Numbered from the stretch's first letter, positions 1 through 11,400 are shown. The stretch: 64,000 bases of DNA from Thermodesulfovibrionales bacterium (GCA_044450345.1 JBIOIY010000001.1:160001-224000); one strand, 5' to 3'. The notes: generated from the letters alone by a model not told the origin. Translations and numbers: made by a program.

Positions 1-139
1 TTTTTCAGCGTGCAGAAACCGGTAGGGTCATTCTTTAAGGGCCTTTTCTTCATCTTCGTTTGCTACCCAAATATTAGCACATCGGGTTATTCTATTGTAT
101 ATTTGGAACAGGTAGTTGCGAGAAATATCTCTAGTTCCA

Positions 140-169
140 TTGACAGAGAGGCCTCTTTTTTGATATAAA
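140..169 (+). promoter_or_regulatory. sigma70-type promoter for tRNA-Asn
   Basis: TTGACA at 140-145; extended -10 TGnTATAAA at 161-169, upstream of the tRNA. Confidence 0.6.
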
Positions 170-211
170 AATAGGTTATCTAAACGGATAACTGCTTCTG
201 TAAACCAATTT

Positions 212-287
212 TCCCGGGTAGCTCAGCTGGCAGAGCAGGTGGCTGTTAACCACCCTGTCGGGGGTTCGAATCCCTCCCCGGGAGCCA
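212..287 (+). tRNA. tRNA-Asn (anticodon GTT)
   Basis: 76-nt cloverleaf: acceptor TCCCGGG/CCCGGGA, D-arm GCTC..GAGC, anticodon stem GGTGG/CCACC with GTT at 245-247, GGTTCGAATCC T-arm, encoded 3' CCA. Confidence 0.98.
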
Positions 288-295
288 GACCAGTC

Positions 296-324
296 AAGGC
301 TTCGCAACAATGTGGGCCTTTTTT
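296..324 (+). terminator. probable intrinsic terminator after tRNA
   Basis: AAGGCTTCGCA..TGTGGGCCTT imperfect stem followed by T-run. Confidence 0.5.
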
Positions 325-520
325 ATTCGGTGCTTGAGCCATTATACAGAAATAAGACGCTGTGAAATGGCTCAGCACAATCCTTTTAGGCTCTCGATAA
401 TGTCTAATAAAATTGTCCCCAGTTTGTCCCTGATAGATTTCAGACCCATCAGTTTTCAGAGAATGCCTTTTAACTCAGAAATATCCCAATATCCTCATTT
501 CTCGGGTGTATTATTATCAC

Positions 521-1084
521 ATGTTGTTAGAATCTTTCGTCAAGACATATGGATATTGGGCGCTGCTTATCGGGACATTTCTTGAAGGGGAGACCATCCT
601 GATAATCGGAGGAATCACGGCGCATTTGGGGTATCTCGATCTGCCGAAAGTAATGATGATCGCATTCATCGGGAGTTTCACTGGCGATCAGGTCTATTTT
701 TGTATAGGACGTCTGAAAGGAAGGAATTTGATCGAAAAACATCCGAGATGGCAAAGCCGTGTAGACAAGGTCCACCTACTCCTTAGGCGGTATCACGATG
801 TCATCATGATCGGGTTTAGATTCATTTACGGGATGCGTATTATGACCCCTTTTGTCCTCGGCATGAGCAAGAATATTAAAACACTTAGATTTGTTGTATT
901 CAATGCCCTGGGAGCTATGATCTGGGCGGTCGTAATTTCATGGGGTGGATACCTTTTCGGCTATGCGATAGAGAACGTCATAAAGGATGTCAGACGTTAC
1001 CAACTCGAAGTAATGCTTGTCGTCGCCTCTGGAGGGCTGATACTATGGGGAATTCATGCATTCAAAGAACGCAAAAGGAAATAA
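521..1084 (+). CDS. DedA family membrane protein
   Basis: YGYWALLIGTFLEGET, GSFTGDQVYF.IGR and FRFIYGMR motifs; ATG 521 preferred over GTG 506. Confidence 0.9.
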   Translation: MLLESFVKTYGYWALLIGTFLEGETILIIGGITAHLGYLDLPKVMMIAFIGSFTGDQVYFCIGRLKGRNLIEKHPRWQSRVDKVHLLLRRYHDVIMIGFRFIYGMRIMTPFVLGMSKNIKTLRFVVFNALGAMIWAVVISWGGYLFGYAIENVIKDVRRYQLEVMLVVASGGLILWGIHAFKERKRK

Positions 1085-1199
1085 GTGTAAAAGGAACTCC
1101 TTCTTTTCCGGAATTGAATCCTTTTCGCTACTGGATATGCTATTCTCTTTCCTCATCTGGACAAATTTGCGTTTTATCGGGAAGCACGTTTAGCCATCA

Positions 1200-3068
1200 T
1201 TATTCATTTAGGTACCAGGGAACATTCACTATTACGATACGCTGATTGCCTTCGATCAGAAGAAGTGCAGTCAAGATTTCACCACGCTGGTTGTGTAAAA
1301 AGCGCTGATACCAATGACGTTCCACCAAGGTCGGCACGAGTACAGCGATCTGGCGATCCGGGTGAGTCCGTTCAAGCTCAAGGACGTAGTCGAGAATGGG
1401 CGCTATAACATAACGGTAAGGTGATTTGAGCACCACTAACTCGGGTGTGGGTAACCCTGCATTTCGAGCGGGCACCTCGACGTAATCAGCCCATTTCTTA
1501 GCTAAATTTCCGTCATCTTCCTCAGAATCAATGTGTACCGCAACTATATCGTGGGAAAGCGTGAGCGCGAAACGGACCGCCTTCTGCGATACACTATTCC
1601 ATTCATCAATAGGTACTACTACCAATGGCGAGCGCAAATTTACGGTAGACAGCACCTTGGACCCGGCCACTGCCCTGGTTACTCGGCTATAGTGGTCCCG
1701 AATCCCTATCATCAATATGATAAGTCCTGGAATCAGAAGCAGCGTGATCCAGGCCCCTTCGCTGAATTTTGCACCGATTATAACTATGACCGTAATAGCA
1801 GTGACAATTGCGCCCACCCCGTTAATCAGCATGTTGCGCTTTGCATGTAGACCTTTTCTTCTCTTCCAATGACCGACCATACCGGCCTGCGATAGAGTGA
1901 AAGCCAGAAATGCCCCTATAGCAAAAAGCGGAATCAAGCGGTCGGTCACTCCATCAAATATGATCAGCAGCGAACCGGCAAAGAACACGAGAACATATAT
2001 TCCGTACGAGTAGACCAACCTACGTCCGCGAGTGGCAAATGAGTATGGCAAATATCCATTCTGGGCTACCGCACGGCACAGGCGGGGAAAATCAGCAAAG
2101 GCCGTGTTCGCCTGTAGTGCGAGCACAAAAAGGATGGAACCCATGGTGATGTAATAAAACCAGCCCCTGCCGATGATGGCACCAATCAATTGAGACAACA
2201 CGCTTTGATAACCGGTTTGTCCCGGCTCTGTGGCGCCAATTCCGTACGCGTTGCAGAGATAGGCAATGCCGGCCAGAAGCAGCATCAGGATGCCGATTAT
2301 AATCGTCAGCGTAAGGCGGGCAGATTGTCTCCGTGGCTCTCGGAACGCCATCACCCCGTTACTAACAGCCTCGACACCGGTCATGGCAGTGCAACCGCTC
2401 GAAAAGGCCTTCAAGAGAAGCCACAAGCTAACGGCCTCCCGTGCAGGCCCCAGATTCGTGGCATGGAGCACTGGAACAGGGTGACCACCGCTAAGAACCG
2501 TCTTCCAGACGCCAAGTGCGAGGGCAGCAAAAAGGCACACCACAAAAATATAGGTGGGTATTGAGAATACCACACCGGTATCCCGTACTCCGCGCAGATT
2601 CACAATGGTAATCACAGCGAGAGCGGCCAGACAGATATAAAGCGTGTAGGGCTGCGAAGTGGGTAATGCCGATACCAGCGCACCGACACCAGCGGAGATA
2701 CCCACGGCTACCACCAGAACATAATCAATCATCAAGGCTGCAGCGGCGAGCAAGCCCATGAAGGTCCCCAAGTTCTCGCTGGCGACCGTGTACGATCCTC
2801 CACCCGAGGGATAAGCCTGAATTGTCTGGCGATATGAAAAGTAGACAATCCCGAGCAGCAGGATAATGCTGCCGCTTATGGGAATAATATAATGTACTCC
2901 TGCTAATCCGAGCGGGATAAGGATGGTAAGGGCCGCTTCCGGTCCATACGCAGCCGAACCCAATGCATCAAGGCCAAATATCGGGATACCAGCCACAGCA
3001 GTGATTCTTTCTGTACGGTCTTCGTCGGAAGCGAGTGGCCTGCCAAATAAGAAATCAGTCAGGGACAT
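1200..3068 (-). CDS. APC-superfamily permease, KimA/YdaO-like (probable K+ importer)
   Basis: LFGRPL, DALGSAAYGPEA, AYPSGGGSY, GCTAMTGVEAVSNGV motifs; about 12 TM plus soluble C-terminal domain; start at MSLTDFLFG. Confidence 0.85.
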   Translation of the reverse strand: MSLTDFLFGRPLASDEDRTERITAVAGIPIFGLDALGSAAYGPEAALTILIPLGLAGVHYIIPISGSIILLLGIVYFSYRQTIQAYPSGGGSYTVASENLGTFMGLLAAAALMIDYVLVVAVGISAGVGALVSALPTSQPYTLYICLAALAVITIVNLRGVRDTGVVFSIPTYIFVVCLFAALALGVWKTVLSGGHPVPVLHATNLGPAREAVSLWLLLKAFSSGCTAMTGVEAVSNGVMAFREPRRQSARLTLTIIIGILMLLLAGIAYLCNAYGIGATEPGQTGYQSVLSQLIGAIIGRGWFYYITMGSILFVLALQANTAFADFPRLCRAVAQNGYLPYSFATRGRRLVYSYGIYVLVFFAGSLLIIFDGVTDRLIPLFAIGAFLAFTLSQAGMVGHWKRRKGLHAKRNMLINGVGAIVTAITVIVIIGAKFSEGAWITLLLIPGLIILMIGIRDHYSRVTRAVAGSKVLSTVNLRSPLVVVPIDEWNSVSQKAVRFALTLSHDIVAVHIDSEEDDGNLAKKWADYVEVPARNAGLPTPELVVLKSPYRYVIAPILDYVLELERTHPDRQIAVLVPTLVERHWYQRFLHNQRGEILTALLLIEGNQRIVIVNVPWYLNE

Positions 3069-3294
3069 ATGCCAGTCTGCCTTTTCGATATTTTGGTATA
3101 AGGAGCATCTGAATTTCTCCGGCAAATCTTCCAAGGAGAACTGTACATCCAATTCTCCTCAGCAGAGTGCCTCTCTTATCGTTACAGATTACACGGAAAC
3201 AGTCCATCGTTCAACTGACGAATGCTGCAATTAATTGAGTCCACCCAAAAAGGAGTGGACATTGCCAATAAATTATGCTGGAACGATTGAATTC

Positions 3295-4179
3295 CTAATG
3301 AAGCGTTTGGAGTTGAAGCCGACTCTTTTCATCATTCCTCTTATAGGCAAGATAGTCTTCTTTTCCCATTTCAAATAGTTGTTTTTTGTATTTTGTTGTA
3401 AGATCATACCAAAGTGTCAGTTGCTTCTCAAATCTCTGATCTGGCGGACTCCCAAGTGCATCCAGATATGCCAAAATAGCCAAGTAATATCGCATGACAT
3501 TTCGCTCCTCCGCACCTCTAACCCCGGTTACATAGGTAGCATTGCCCTGTTTATCATTGACAACGGTAAAGCCGACTTTGCCTGGACTAAAAAGCCAGAA
3601 ATAACTTTTAATCTTGAAATATCCGAATGAACTATAGCCAAAAAAGTAATGCAAGCGCATAAAAGTTGTGTTTTCATTAAGGGGTATAGCCTCAATCTGA
3701 AACTGATGATCCCTTGTGCCAAAAGGCCCCTCATTGGCAGCAAGTGAAATTCCAAACTGTTTTTGCTGTTGATCAACTGCAAACTTAAATTTTATTGGAA
3801 ATGCACTTTCAATCGGATCAAAATATCTATTTACCTGGTAGACGGTCAGAAGCCACTCAGTGTCAATCTTTTTATAAGTGCAGGCTCTTATGTTGATTGT
3901 AAGCATAAAGATATCGCAAAGCTCAGATGGCACCTGAAGATCTTTTTTTACGATGTCAAAAGGATGATTCACAATGCCATAGATATCTACATGCGAAGAG
4001 TTGCTATCCACAAATGATTCCATATGAACGGGAAGCCCGAAAGAACTTGTTTTCAGTTCAGATTCAATCTCGTGAAATTTTTCTAAAAGGGGTTTGTTTA
4101 CTTGATGCAATTCTCCTGCAGTGGCACTGTTGCCCCATATGGCAAATAGTAGCATTATGACTGTTAGGCATTTACCCAT
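3295..4179 (-). CDS. exported hypothetical protein
   Basis: About 295-aa ORF with signal peptide MGKCLTVIMLLFAIWGNSATA; downstream of a sigma54 promoter. Confidence 0.75.
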   Translation of the reverse strand: MGKCLTVIMLLFAIWGNSATAGELHQVNKPLLEKFHEIESELKTSSFGLPVHMESFVDSNSSHVDIYGIVNHPFDIVKKDLQVPSELCDIFMLTINIRACTYKKIDTEWLLTVYQVNRYFDPIESAFPIKFKFAVDQQQKQFGISLAANEGPFGTRDHQFQIEAIPLNENTTFMRLHYFFGYSSFGYFKIKSYFWLFSPGKVGFTVVNDKQGNATYVTGVRGAEERNVMRYYLAILAYLDALGSPPDQRFEKQLTLWYDLTTKYKKQLFEMGKEDYLAYKRNDEKSRLQLQTLH

Positions 4180-4307
4180 AACTTGTCGATCCAAGACTAC
4201 AATATATTCTATGATAATTGTCCCTTCTCGGAGTTAAATCCCCTCCTCTGCCGCTACGGGTAGTCCATCTCGATCACATTGGGATCGGTTTCATACCAGC
4301 AAGTATT

Positions 4308-4391
4308 AACAAGACTCGTGCCAATAGAGAAGCTATTGATTGCCAAGTACTTCGAGCAAAGTTCTCTCAGAGGAGTGAAAAAAAAGTATAC
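4308..4391 (-). promoter_or_regulatory. sigma54 promoter plus upstream site, copy 1
   Basis: Minus strand TGGCAC-GAGTC-TTGT (-24/-12 at 4323-4309); GTGAAAAAAAAGTATAC at 4375-4391. Confidence 0.75.
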
Positions 4392-4558
4392 ATTTTCCGT
4401 ATAATGTGCCTCAGACCTTAATCATATGGGTTTTTTTGTTAAGATTCCTTATTATGGAGTAAGGTTTTAACAGCACTTATTAAAGGAGCAGAAAGATTAA
4501 GAAAGAAATTTCTCAAAAAAGTCTATTCTGGATTAAGACATTTTTATTTCTTGTTGTA

Positions 4559-5230
4559 GTGGGAGGGCTCCCTCTTTTATTCTATGCGACAGGGCTGTGG
4601 CAGTTCTTTACAAATAAAGAACGAGTGCTGCTATTCATCGAATCGTGCGGCGTATGGGATGAAGTAGCGTTTATTTTTCTGCAGGCAGTTCAAGTTATTA
4701 TAGCCCCAATTCCAGGCGAGGTTTTAAACGTGCTTGGGGGATACCTCTACGGCACATTTTTCGGAGTAATTTGGTCCACATTAGGAACAACAATAGGTTC
4801 CTATATTGCCTTTGCCCTTTCTCGCAGATACGGAAAGCCCTTTGTCGATAAATTCGTAGACAAATACACGATGAAACGTTTCGACTACGTTCTTCATCAT
4901 AAAGGAACATTCATAGTATTCCTACTTTTTCTAATCCCGGGGTTCCCTAAAGACTATTTCTGTTATATCCTCGGTCTTGGCCGTCTTTCCACTACGGAAT
5001 TTCTCGCGATCGCAAGCGTCGGCAGGTTATTAGGAACTGTTCTGGAGACTCTGGGAGGGGACTATATTAGGCACGAGCAGTACCAGAGCTTATTCATGCT
5101 CGCGGGGGTTGCCATGGCAGCAGTATTTGTTGCAATGGTCTTCAAAAATAGGATCGAGAGAACATTGCGGGTTTGGCACGTGATAGAGTACAAAAAGAAA
5201 AAGCCGGGAGTAAAGAAGAAAGTTCCTTAA
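4559..5230 (+). CDS. TVP38/TMEM64 (VTT domain, DedA superfamily) membrane protein
   Basis: LQAVQVIIAPIPGE, GGYLYG and LFLIPGFPKDYFCYILGL motifs; true start may be upstream at ATT 4496. Confidence 0.88.
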   Translation: MGGLPLLFYATGLWQFFTNKERVLLFIESCGVWDEVAFIFLQAVQVIIAPIPGEVLNVLGGYLYGTFFGVIWSTLGTTIGSYIAFALSRRYGKPFVDKFVDKYTMKRFDYVLHHKGTFIVFLLFLIPGFPKDYFCYILGLGRLSTTEFLAIASVGRLLGTVLETLGGDYIRHEQYQSLFMLAGVAMAAVFVAMVFKNRIERTLRVWHVIEYKKKKPGVKKKVP

Positions 5231-6132
5231 AAAATGAATTTAAGCCCGAACCCATGGTAATGAGTGAAGCCTCCCAGGTTCCCGATTAGGCGCACGCCCT
5301 CTTCGACGTCCACCTCCCAGGATGGCGTTATCAGATACTGGATGCCGCCATCCATGTTGTACCCCGCGCCCTCGCCCGGCCCGGTTTTGGTCTGCCCGAA
5401 GATCTCATCATAAAACTCGAGTTTAGGAATAGGCTGCCAGGTTGCAACAAGATTGGAAGTCAGACTTGTAAATCTCCTGCCTCCCGCAAGCCCCGGTTCG
5501 GTCTGCGAACTTACGCCCACTTGAAGCGAAAGTCCTATAGCAGCCGTGAGGGAATAAGTCAGTATGCCATTGAGGGCAGCCCCGAGTCCCTGGCTTCCAA
5601 ATGCCGCTCCGCCGGACGGCAGTGTAAACAGGGCCTCAACAGCGCCAAGCCACTTGGTGGTATACCCAATCTCGTGCTTGATCCCGGTTGTTACCGCTGA
5701 AAGACCACTGCTTGCGGGAGAGTAGCGCGCCCTCTGGCGATTGTAGTTAGGAGGCAGGAAGACAAATTCATTATTGCCCGGCAGTCCGATGCGCAACTCA
5801 GCCTCTGGATAATTGTCCGCGGTGCCGCCTGGCGCCCTCAAATAAGCGCGCTGCACATCAGTTTCCAGTATGACATGCCCGAATGGAACCACACAGGCGC
5901 TATCGGAGACAGTCGGACCGTCCAAAAGGGCAAGCAGCGCTGCGGGACCAGCGCAAGGGTTGGGTACGGCGACTTCAGGCCCTTCGGCGTACACATAACT
6001 ACACGGCGAAAAAAAGACAACGACGGCAAGAAAGGCCGTTATTGATATGAAGTGCAAATAAACAAGACTTAACGTCTGGCTCTTAATCGTATTTCTCAAA
6101 TTGAGATATGAAAGCCTTTCTTGATTGATCAT
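5227..6132 (-). CDS. outer-membrane beta-barrel protein (MetA-pathway-of-phenol-degradation-like transporter family)
   Basis: D.PTVSDSACVVPFG motif, alternating amphipathic strands, C-terminal Phe; start uncertain. Confidence 0.65.
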   Translation of the reverse strand: MINQERLSYLNLRNTIKSQTLSLVYLHFISITAFLAVVVFFSPCSYVYAEGPEVAVPNPCAGPAALLALLDGPTVSDSACVVPFGHVILETDVQRAYLRAPGGTADNYPEAELRIGLPGNNEFVFLPPNYNRQRARYSPASSGLSAVTTGIKHEIGYTTKWLGAVEALFTLPSGGAAFGSQGLGAALNGILTYSLTAAIGLSLQVGVSSQTEPGLAGGRRFTSLTSNLVATWQPIPKLEFYDEIFGQTKTGPGEGAGYNMDGGIQYLITPSWEVDVEEGVRLIGNLGGFTHYHGFGLKFIF

Positions 6133-6207
6133 ATATCCGACAAAGAATAAGACATTTCAACTATGTCTACCATAAACTTTCTCAGATGGCAAATATCTGC
6201 CAGGAAT

Positions 6208-6816
6208 TTACCAGTCCAGCAACGGCCGCCGCCCGCCGGTTTCCTGAGGCACCTGTGTATTGTTTATGAACACATCGAATCTCACGATGCCCCTGAAATA
6301 TTTTTGGTTTCTATAAACAGGTTTACATTCCAAATTATTAGGCTCATTTCTTTTCAATGTTATTTCAAATTCTGTTCTATAATTATCTCCTGGCAAGGCG
6401 AAGAATATTTTATGAGCGCCTTCTTTGAGTCTGACCTTCTTTTCAAGGACATACCTCATACCTTCCCCGCAATCATGATTCATCATACAGAGCTCAAAAT
6501 CATTGTCTCCTTCTTTTTGCCCTCTCACATCCCACGTGACCGCCTGTCCATCCACGTTAAATAAAAAAGTATAGGTGGGTTTCCCGTGTGGCGATTTCTT
6601 TGATTCGAGGAGATACCGGCCTTCAAGGGGTGTCTTGATTTGTGCCATAACAACTAAATCAACAAAACCTTCCTGCGTTATATCGCCATCACGAACTTCG
6701 TGGAAAACATCCACACTTTCGCTTACAGATCGCTGCGCAATCTCTCTTGAAGCAATGCCGCATCCGGCAAGGATGATAATGGACAGCGGCAGCAATAATA
6801 GTAGAAATTTTTTCAT
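6208..6816 (-). CDS. hypothetical lipoprotein
   Basis: MKK + hydrophobic stretch + LAGC lipobox; GGAGG RBS. Confidence 0.8.
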   Translation of the reverse strand: MKKFLLLLLPLSIIILAGCGIASREIAQRSVSESVDVFHEVRDGDITQEGFVDLVVMAQIKTPLEGRYLLESKKSPHGKPTYTFLFNVDGQAVTWDVRGQKEGDNDFELCMMNHDCGEGMRYVLEKKVRLKEGAHKIFFALPGDNYRTEFEITLKRNEPNNLECKPVYRNQKYFRGIVRFDVFINNTQVPQETGGRRPLLDW

Positions 6817-6927
6817 AGCTCCTCCACTATACAGTTATTACTTAACCCCTTCTGTTGTTTGTACAAATACCCTTCATCAATACTCCTCTTAATTTGTCCT
6901 TGATCATTGATCATCTTATCTATCACA

Positions 6928-8463
6928 TTACTGTCCAACCTTGGCGGACACGTCGGACCGGTTCCACCAGCCGCCGCCAAGCGCCTGAAAAAGCGCGATA
7001 GTGCCGGCGTAGCGATTGGCCAGGGCCTGCACGAGACTGATCATCGCTTGCTGATATGTCTGTTCGGTATTAAGCAGCGCCAAATAACCGACTTGGCCTA
7101 ATTCCAACTGAGAACGAGCGATGGCGAGACTCTTGGCAGCAGCACGTTCGGCAGCTAAGGATGCTTTCAGGGCATCGGCATCGGATTGAATTGCGTGCAG
7201 GGTATCGGCGACGTTCTGAAAAGCAGTGAGTACGACACTGCGATATTGCGCTGCTGCCTGGTCATAGGCCGCTTCCGCGGCACGTTGACGATGCAGCAAC
7301 GTTCCCCCTTGGAATACCGGCTGAGTCACATTGGCTGCCAATGCCCAAAATCCAGTGCCGGAGGTAAACAACTGACTGATTGCAGTTGCGCTGGAGCCCG
7401 CATTGGCGCTCAGAGTTATGTTAGGCAGACGGTTGGAGATACTGACACCAATCTCTGCACTGGCGGCGTGCAATTGTTCTTCGGCAAGTCGGATGTCGGG
7501 CCGCTGCGACACGAGCTTGGAGGGAAGGCTGACAGGGAGCTCTTGCGGCAAGTTCAGAGTTGAAAGGTCGAACTCCTCAATAAGCGACTCGCTTGGGAAA
7601 CGGCCGGCAAGGCGAGCCAGCAAGCCACGTTGTTGCGCTAATTGTTTTTCTAACGGCGGCAAGGTGGCCTGCACTTGTGCCAGCGCTGCTTCCTGCCCTG
7701 CTATGTCCCCACTGACAATCTGCCCCAATTCATATTGTCGTTGCAACAATTCGAGCGAGTGGCTCTGGATATCTATTATTCGTTTGGTTGCTGCGATTTG
7801 ACCCCGCAAAGCCGCCTCTTGTACCGCTGCTGCAACTACATTCGAGGTAAGCGTAAGATAAGTCGCTTCGAGTTGGAAGCGTTGCGAATCGGCTTGTGCC
7901 TTGAGCGACTCCACCTGCCTTCGAGTGCCGCCAAACACATCCGGCACGTAGGACACAGCAACCTGAGCAGTGTGAAGGCTAAAGATATCGCTGCCGTTGG
8001 CAAGCGGACTGGATAACACACCGGCAGTCTTTTGACGCGTTGGACTGAAATTGTCTGCGATGCTTGGAAAGAAAGCGCCTCGCTGTGCGTAGACGTTTTC
8101 CCAGGCGGCGCGCAGTGCGGCTTGTGCGGCTTCCAGGTCGGGGTTCGATTTGAGAGCTTGCTCAATCAGGTCGTTGAGTGGTTTCGAATGAAACAGCGTC
8201 CACCATTGACCGGGTATGTCCATGTCTTGCACAAAGTGCTGCACCTGGCCGCCCTTGACCTCTGCCGATGCCGTCTGCGAAGGCAGGGGTTGCGGCGTGT
8301 AGCGGTCGACATTAGGAGCGGTCGGCCGTTGGAAATTCGGTCCGACCGCACATCCGGCGATGAGAGCAAAGACGATTAACATCACAATAAGAGAGATCAC
8401 CCGGAATCGGAAATAAGTACGCAACGTTTCTTCGATCATGGCCAAATACTTGTCATTGTGCAT
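6928..8463 (-). CDS. RND efflux outer-membrane factor (NodT/TolC-type lipoprotein)
   Basis: IAGCAVGPNF lipobox, WWTLF, QRPDIRLAE, LFQALGGGW; overlaps the 3' end of the RND gene. Confidence 0.93.
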   Translation of the reverse strand: MHNDKYLAMIEETLRTYFRFRVISLIVMLIVFALIAGCAVGPNFQRPTAPNVDRYTPQPLPSQTASAEVKGGQVQHFVQDMDIPGQWWTLFHSKPLNDLIEQALKSNPDLEAAQAALRAAWENVYAQRGAFFPSIADNFSPTRQKTAGVLSSPLANGSDIFSLHTAQVAVSYVPDVFGGTRRQVESLKAQADSQRFQLEATYLTLTSNVVAAAVQEAALRGQIAATKRIIDIQSHSLELLQRQYELGQIVSGDIAGQEAALAQVQATLPPLEKQLAQQRGLLARLAGRFPSESLIEEFDLSTLNLPQELPVSLPSKLVSQRPDIRLAEEQLHAASAEIGVSISNRLPNITLSANAGSSATAISQLFTSGTGFWALAANVTQPVFQGGTLLHRQRAAEAAYDQAAAQYRSVVLTAFQNVADTLHAIQSDADALKASLAAERAAAKSLAIARSQLELGQVGYLALLNTEQTYQQAMISLVQALANRYAGTIALFQALGGGWWNRSDVSAKVGQ

Positions 8464-11400
8464 TGTTTCCCTCCGCTTTCGGCAATATGTCGCCCGGTTT
8501 AGCTATCCATACATAGAGCGTCGGCAGAAGAAAGATACTCAATATAACGGTAGTGATAAGCCCACCCACAATGACGATAGCGAACGGCCGCTGGGAGTCT
8601 GAACCTATATCATGTGACATGGCGGCAGGCAGAAGGCCAAGTGTAGCAACGAGCATAGTCATCATGATCGGACGAAGACGGAGTGTGGCGCCTTTAATCG
8701 CCGCATCCAGGATGGACATGCCGCGTGCCCGCAACTGGTTGATGTATTGCACCATTATGACGCCTGTTTGGACGGACACCCCGAACAGAGCGAGCAGTCC
8801 AATGCCGGACGAAACACTGAAATGGGTCCCGGTGACAAAGAGCGAGAGCAGCCCCCCAAAGCTGGCTATGCCGACGGTGAGGAGGACCAGGAAGGACCAT
8901 TTAAATGAGTTAAACATCATATAGAGAAGAAGCAGGATCAGAAGAACCGTAACAGGAACAATCACTGCTAAGCGTCCATCTGCACGCTTCTGGCTTTCGT
9001 ATTCTCCGGCCCAGTCCAGATAGTAACCCTGTGGCAGCTTCACCTTCTCATTGACCTTTTGCATGGCTTCTTCAACCGTACTGCCGAGGTCTCGACCGCG
9101 AACACTGTATTTTATTGCGATGTATCGAGAGTTTGCCTCGCGATAGATCATGGAAGCGCCGTCTCCGATCTTGATGTCACTTAGCTCTCCGAGGGAGACC
9201 CTCTCCCCTGATGGCGCGAGAATCCGGATGTTGGCGATGTCTTCAACGGTTTTACGGTAGGGCTCCTGATAGCGCACTACCAGGTCATAGCGCTCTTCGC
9301 CTTTCAATATCTGGCTCACCGCTTTGCCGCCCACCGCGGTTTCAATAGCATCCTGGACATCTGCCACATTGATGCCGAACCGGTCCGCCTTAGCACGGTC
9401 AACAGTCAGGTTGATGTTTGGCTGTCCGAGCACCCGGAATATCCCGAGGTCTTCAATCCCGCGGACCTTTCTCATGACCTCAACGATCTCTTCGCTTTTT
9501 TGCTCTAAATCCTTCAAGTCGCTGCCGAAGACTTTTACCGCAAGTTCGCCTTTGACGCCGCTTACCGCCTCTTCCATATTGTCGGCAATCGGCTGCGAGA
9601 ATCCCCACTCAACGCCAGGGATCTTTTCAACTTCTTTGTTCATGGCCTCAATCAGTGCATCTTTGTTCTCGTGGAACTCCTTGCGCCATCTATCTCGGGG
9701 CTTGAGGTCGACGAAGTATTCGGTGTTGAAGAAACCGGTCGCATCGGTTCCGTCGTCCGACCGTCCAACCTGTGAGACAACCTGCTTTACCTCGGGGAAA
9801 CTCCCAAAGGCAAGCCGGGCTTGATCCATAATTCGTTTCCCTGTTGATGGCCCGGTGCTCGGATCCAGAGTGCCGCGGGCCCAGATAGCGCCCTCATCGA
9901 GGTGAGGCAGAAATTCAGAGCCGATGACACCGCTGAAACCGAGGAAAGCGGCCAAAACAAAGCAGGCGGCCCCTATACCAAGCGTGAGCGAGCGGCGCTC
10001 AATCGCCTTTTCCAGAGCCTTTGGGTATTGGGTTTTTAGCCATGCCAGTACTGGGTTTCTCCACTCCCTTGCACGTCTGTTAAAGAGATAGCTGGCCAGC
10101 ACCGGCGCAAGAAGAATTGAAAAAAACAGTGCCCCTAATAAGGCGAAAGAGACTGTATAGGCCATGGGCCGGAACAGGCGCCCCTCCACGCGCTGCAACG
10201 TAAAGATCGGGATGTATGAAGTAATTATAATCGCACGCGCAAAGAAAACGGGCCGCTGCACCTCATGAGCCGCCAAATGAATTGTCTCGCTGATCTTGCC
10301 TGTAGACTCCTCCGATTCTTCAAGACGACGCAGGATATTCTCCACCATCACCACCGTACCGTCCACCAGCATGCCAAAGTCGAGTGCCCCCAGGGAGAGC
10401 AGATTAGCAGGAATGTGACGGAGGTCAAGAAGGATGGAAGCAAAAAAGAATGAGAATGGCATAGTCATGGCGACGATAAGCGCCGAGCGGGCATTGCCGA
10501 GAAAAAGGAACAAGACGATGACCACCAGAATGATTCCCTCTGTGAGGTTGCGCAGAACCGTGCGAGTTGTATAGTGGACAAGATCGTCCCGGTCGATGTG
10601 AGGAACAATTTTTACACCTGGAGGAAGTACTCGTTTATTCAGATAATTGACCTTAACATCAATGGCGGCAAGGACGGACTCCGCTTCAGCCCCCTTCCGC
10701 ATCTGAACGATTCCTTCAACAACGTCGTTATTGTCAACGATTCGCCCGTCTTCGTGGCGGATTGTCTTCCCCAAACGCCCCAGCCGTATCTTCGGTCCTT
10801 GGGTAACGATAGCCACATCACGGACTCTCACTGGTGTCCCGCTCTGCGCTTTCAAAACAGTAGCTCCAATGTCGTCAGGTTTCTCCATCAGGCCAACAAC
10901 CCTCACATTGTAAGCCTGTTGGCCTTTCTCGATAAAACTTCCGCCGGCATTGACGTTGTTCGCAGCGAGGGCCTGCTCCACCTGCCCAATAGATAAGCCA
11001 TACGAAACCAGTTTGTTTGGATCGACCTGTACCTGGTACTCGCGTGTTTCGCCGCCGAAGATGGAAACGGCAACGACATCCGGAACCGACATAAAATGTT
11101 TGAATACGACCCAGTCTTGCAGTCGCTTCAATTCCATTACGTCGTACTGGGGATTCGTGCTCTCAAGAGTATAGAAGTAAATCTGGCCGACGGGACTGAA
11201 GTCAGGACCGATCTGGGGACTGATATTCTGCGGGAGTGTCACCAGTGTCAGTTTTTCCAGGACCTGCTGCCTGTTCTGTAGGTTGTCGGAGTTGTCGTCG
11301 AAAATGACGGTGATAAAGGAGAGGCCTGAGATGGAAATAGAACGGAGGAGCGTCATATGTCCGACTCCATTTAGCTGGGTCTCGATTGGGATGGTGATTT

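Noticed and set aside
1..53. Possible minus-strand CDS start (MKKRPLKNDPTGFCTLK) running off the window
   Set aside because: Only 17 codons visible, no recognisable motif or clear RBS
3069..3294. c-di-AMP (ydaO) riboswitch upstream of the KimA-like gene
   Set aside because: The conserved riboswitch blocks were not found in this leader
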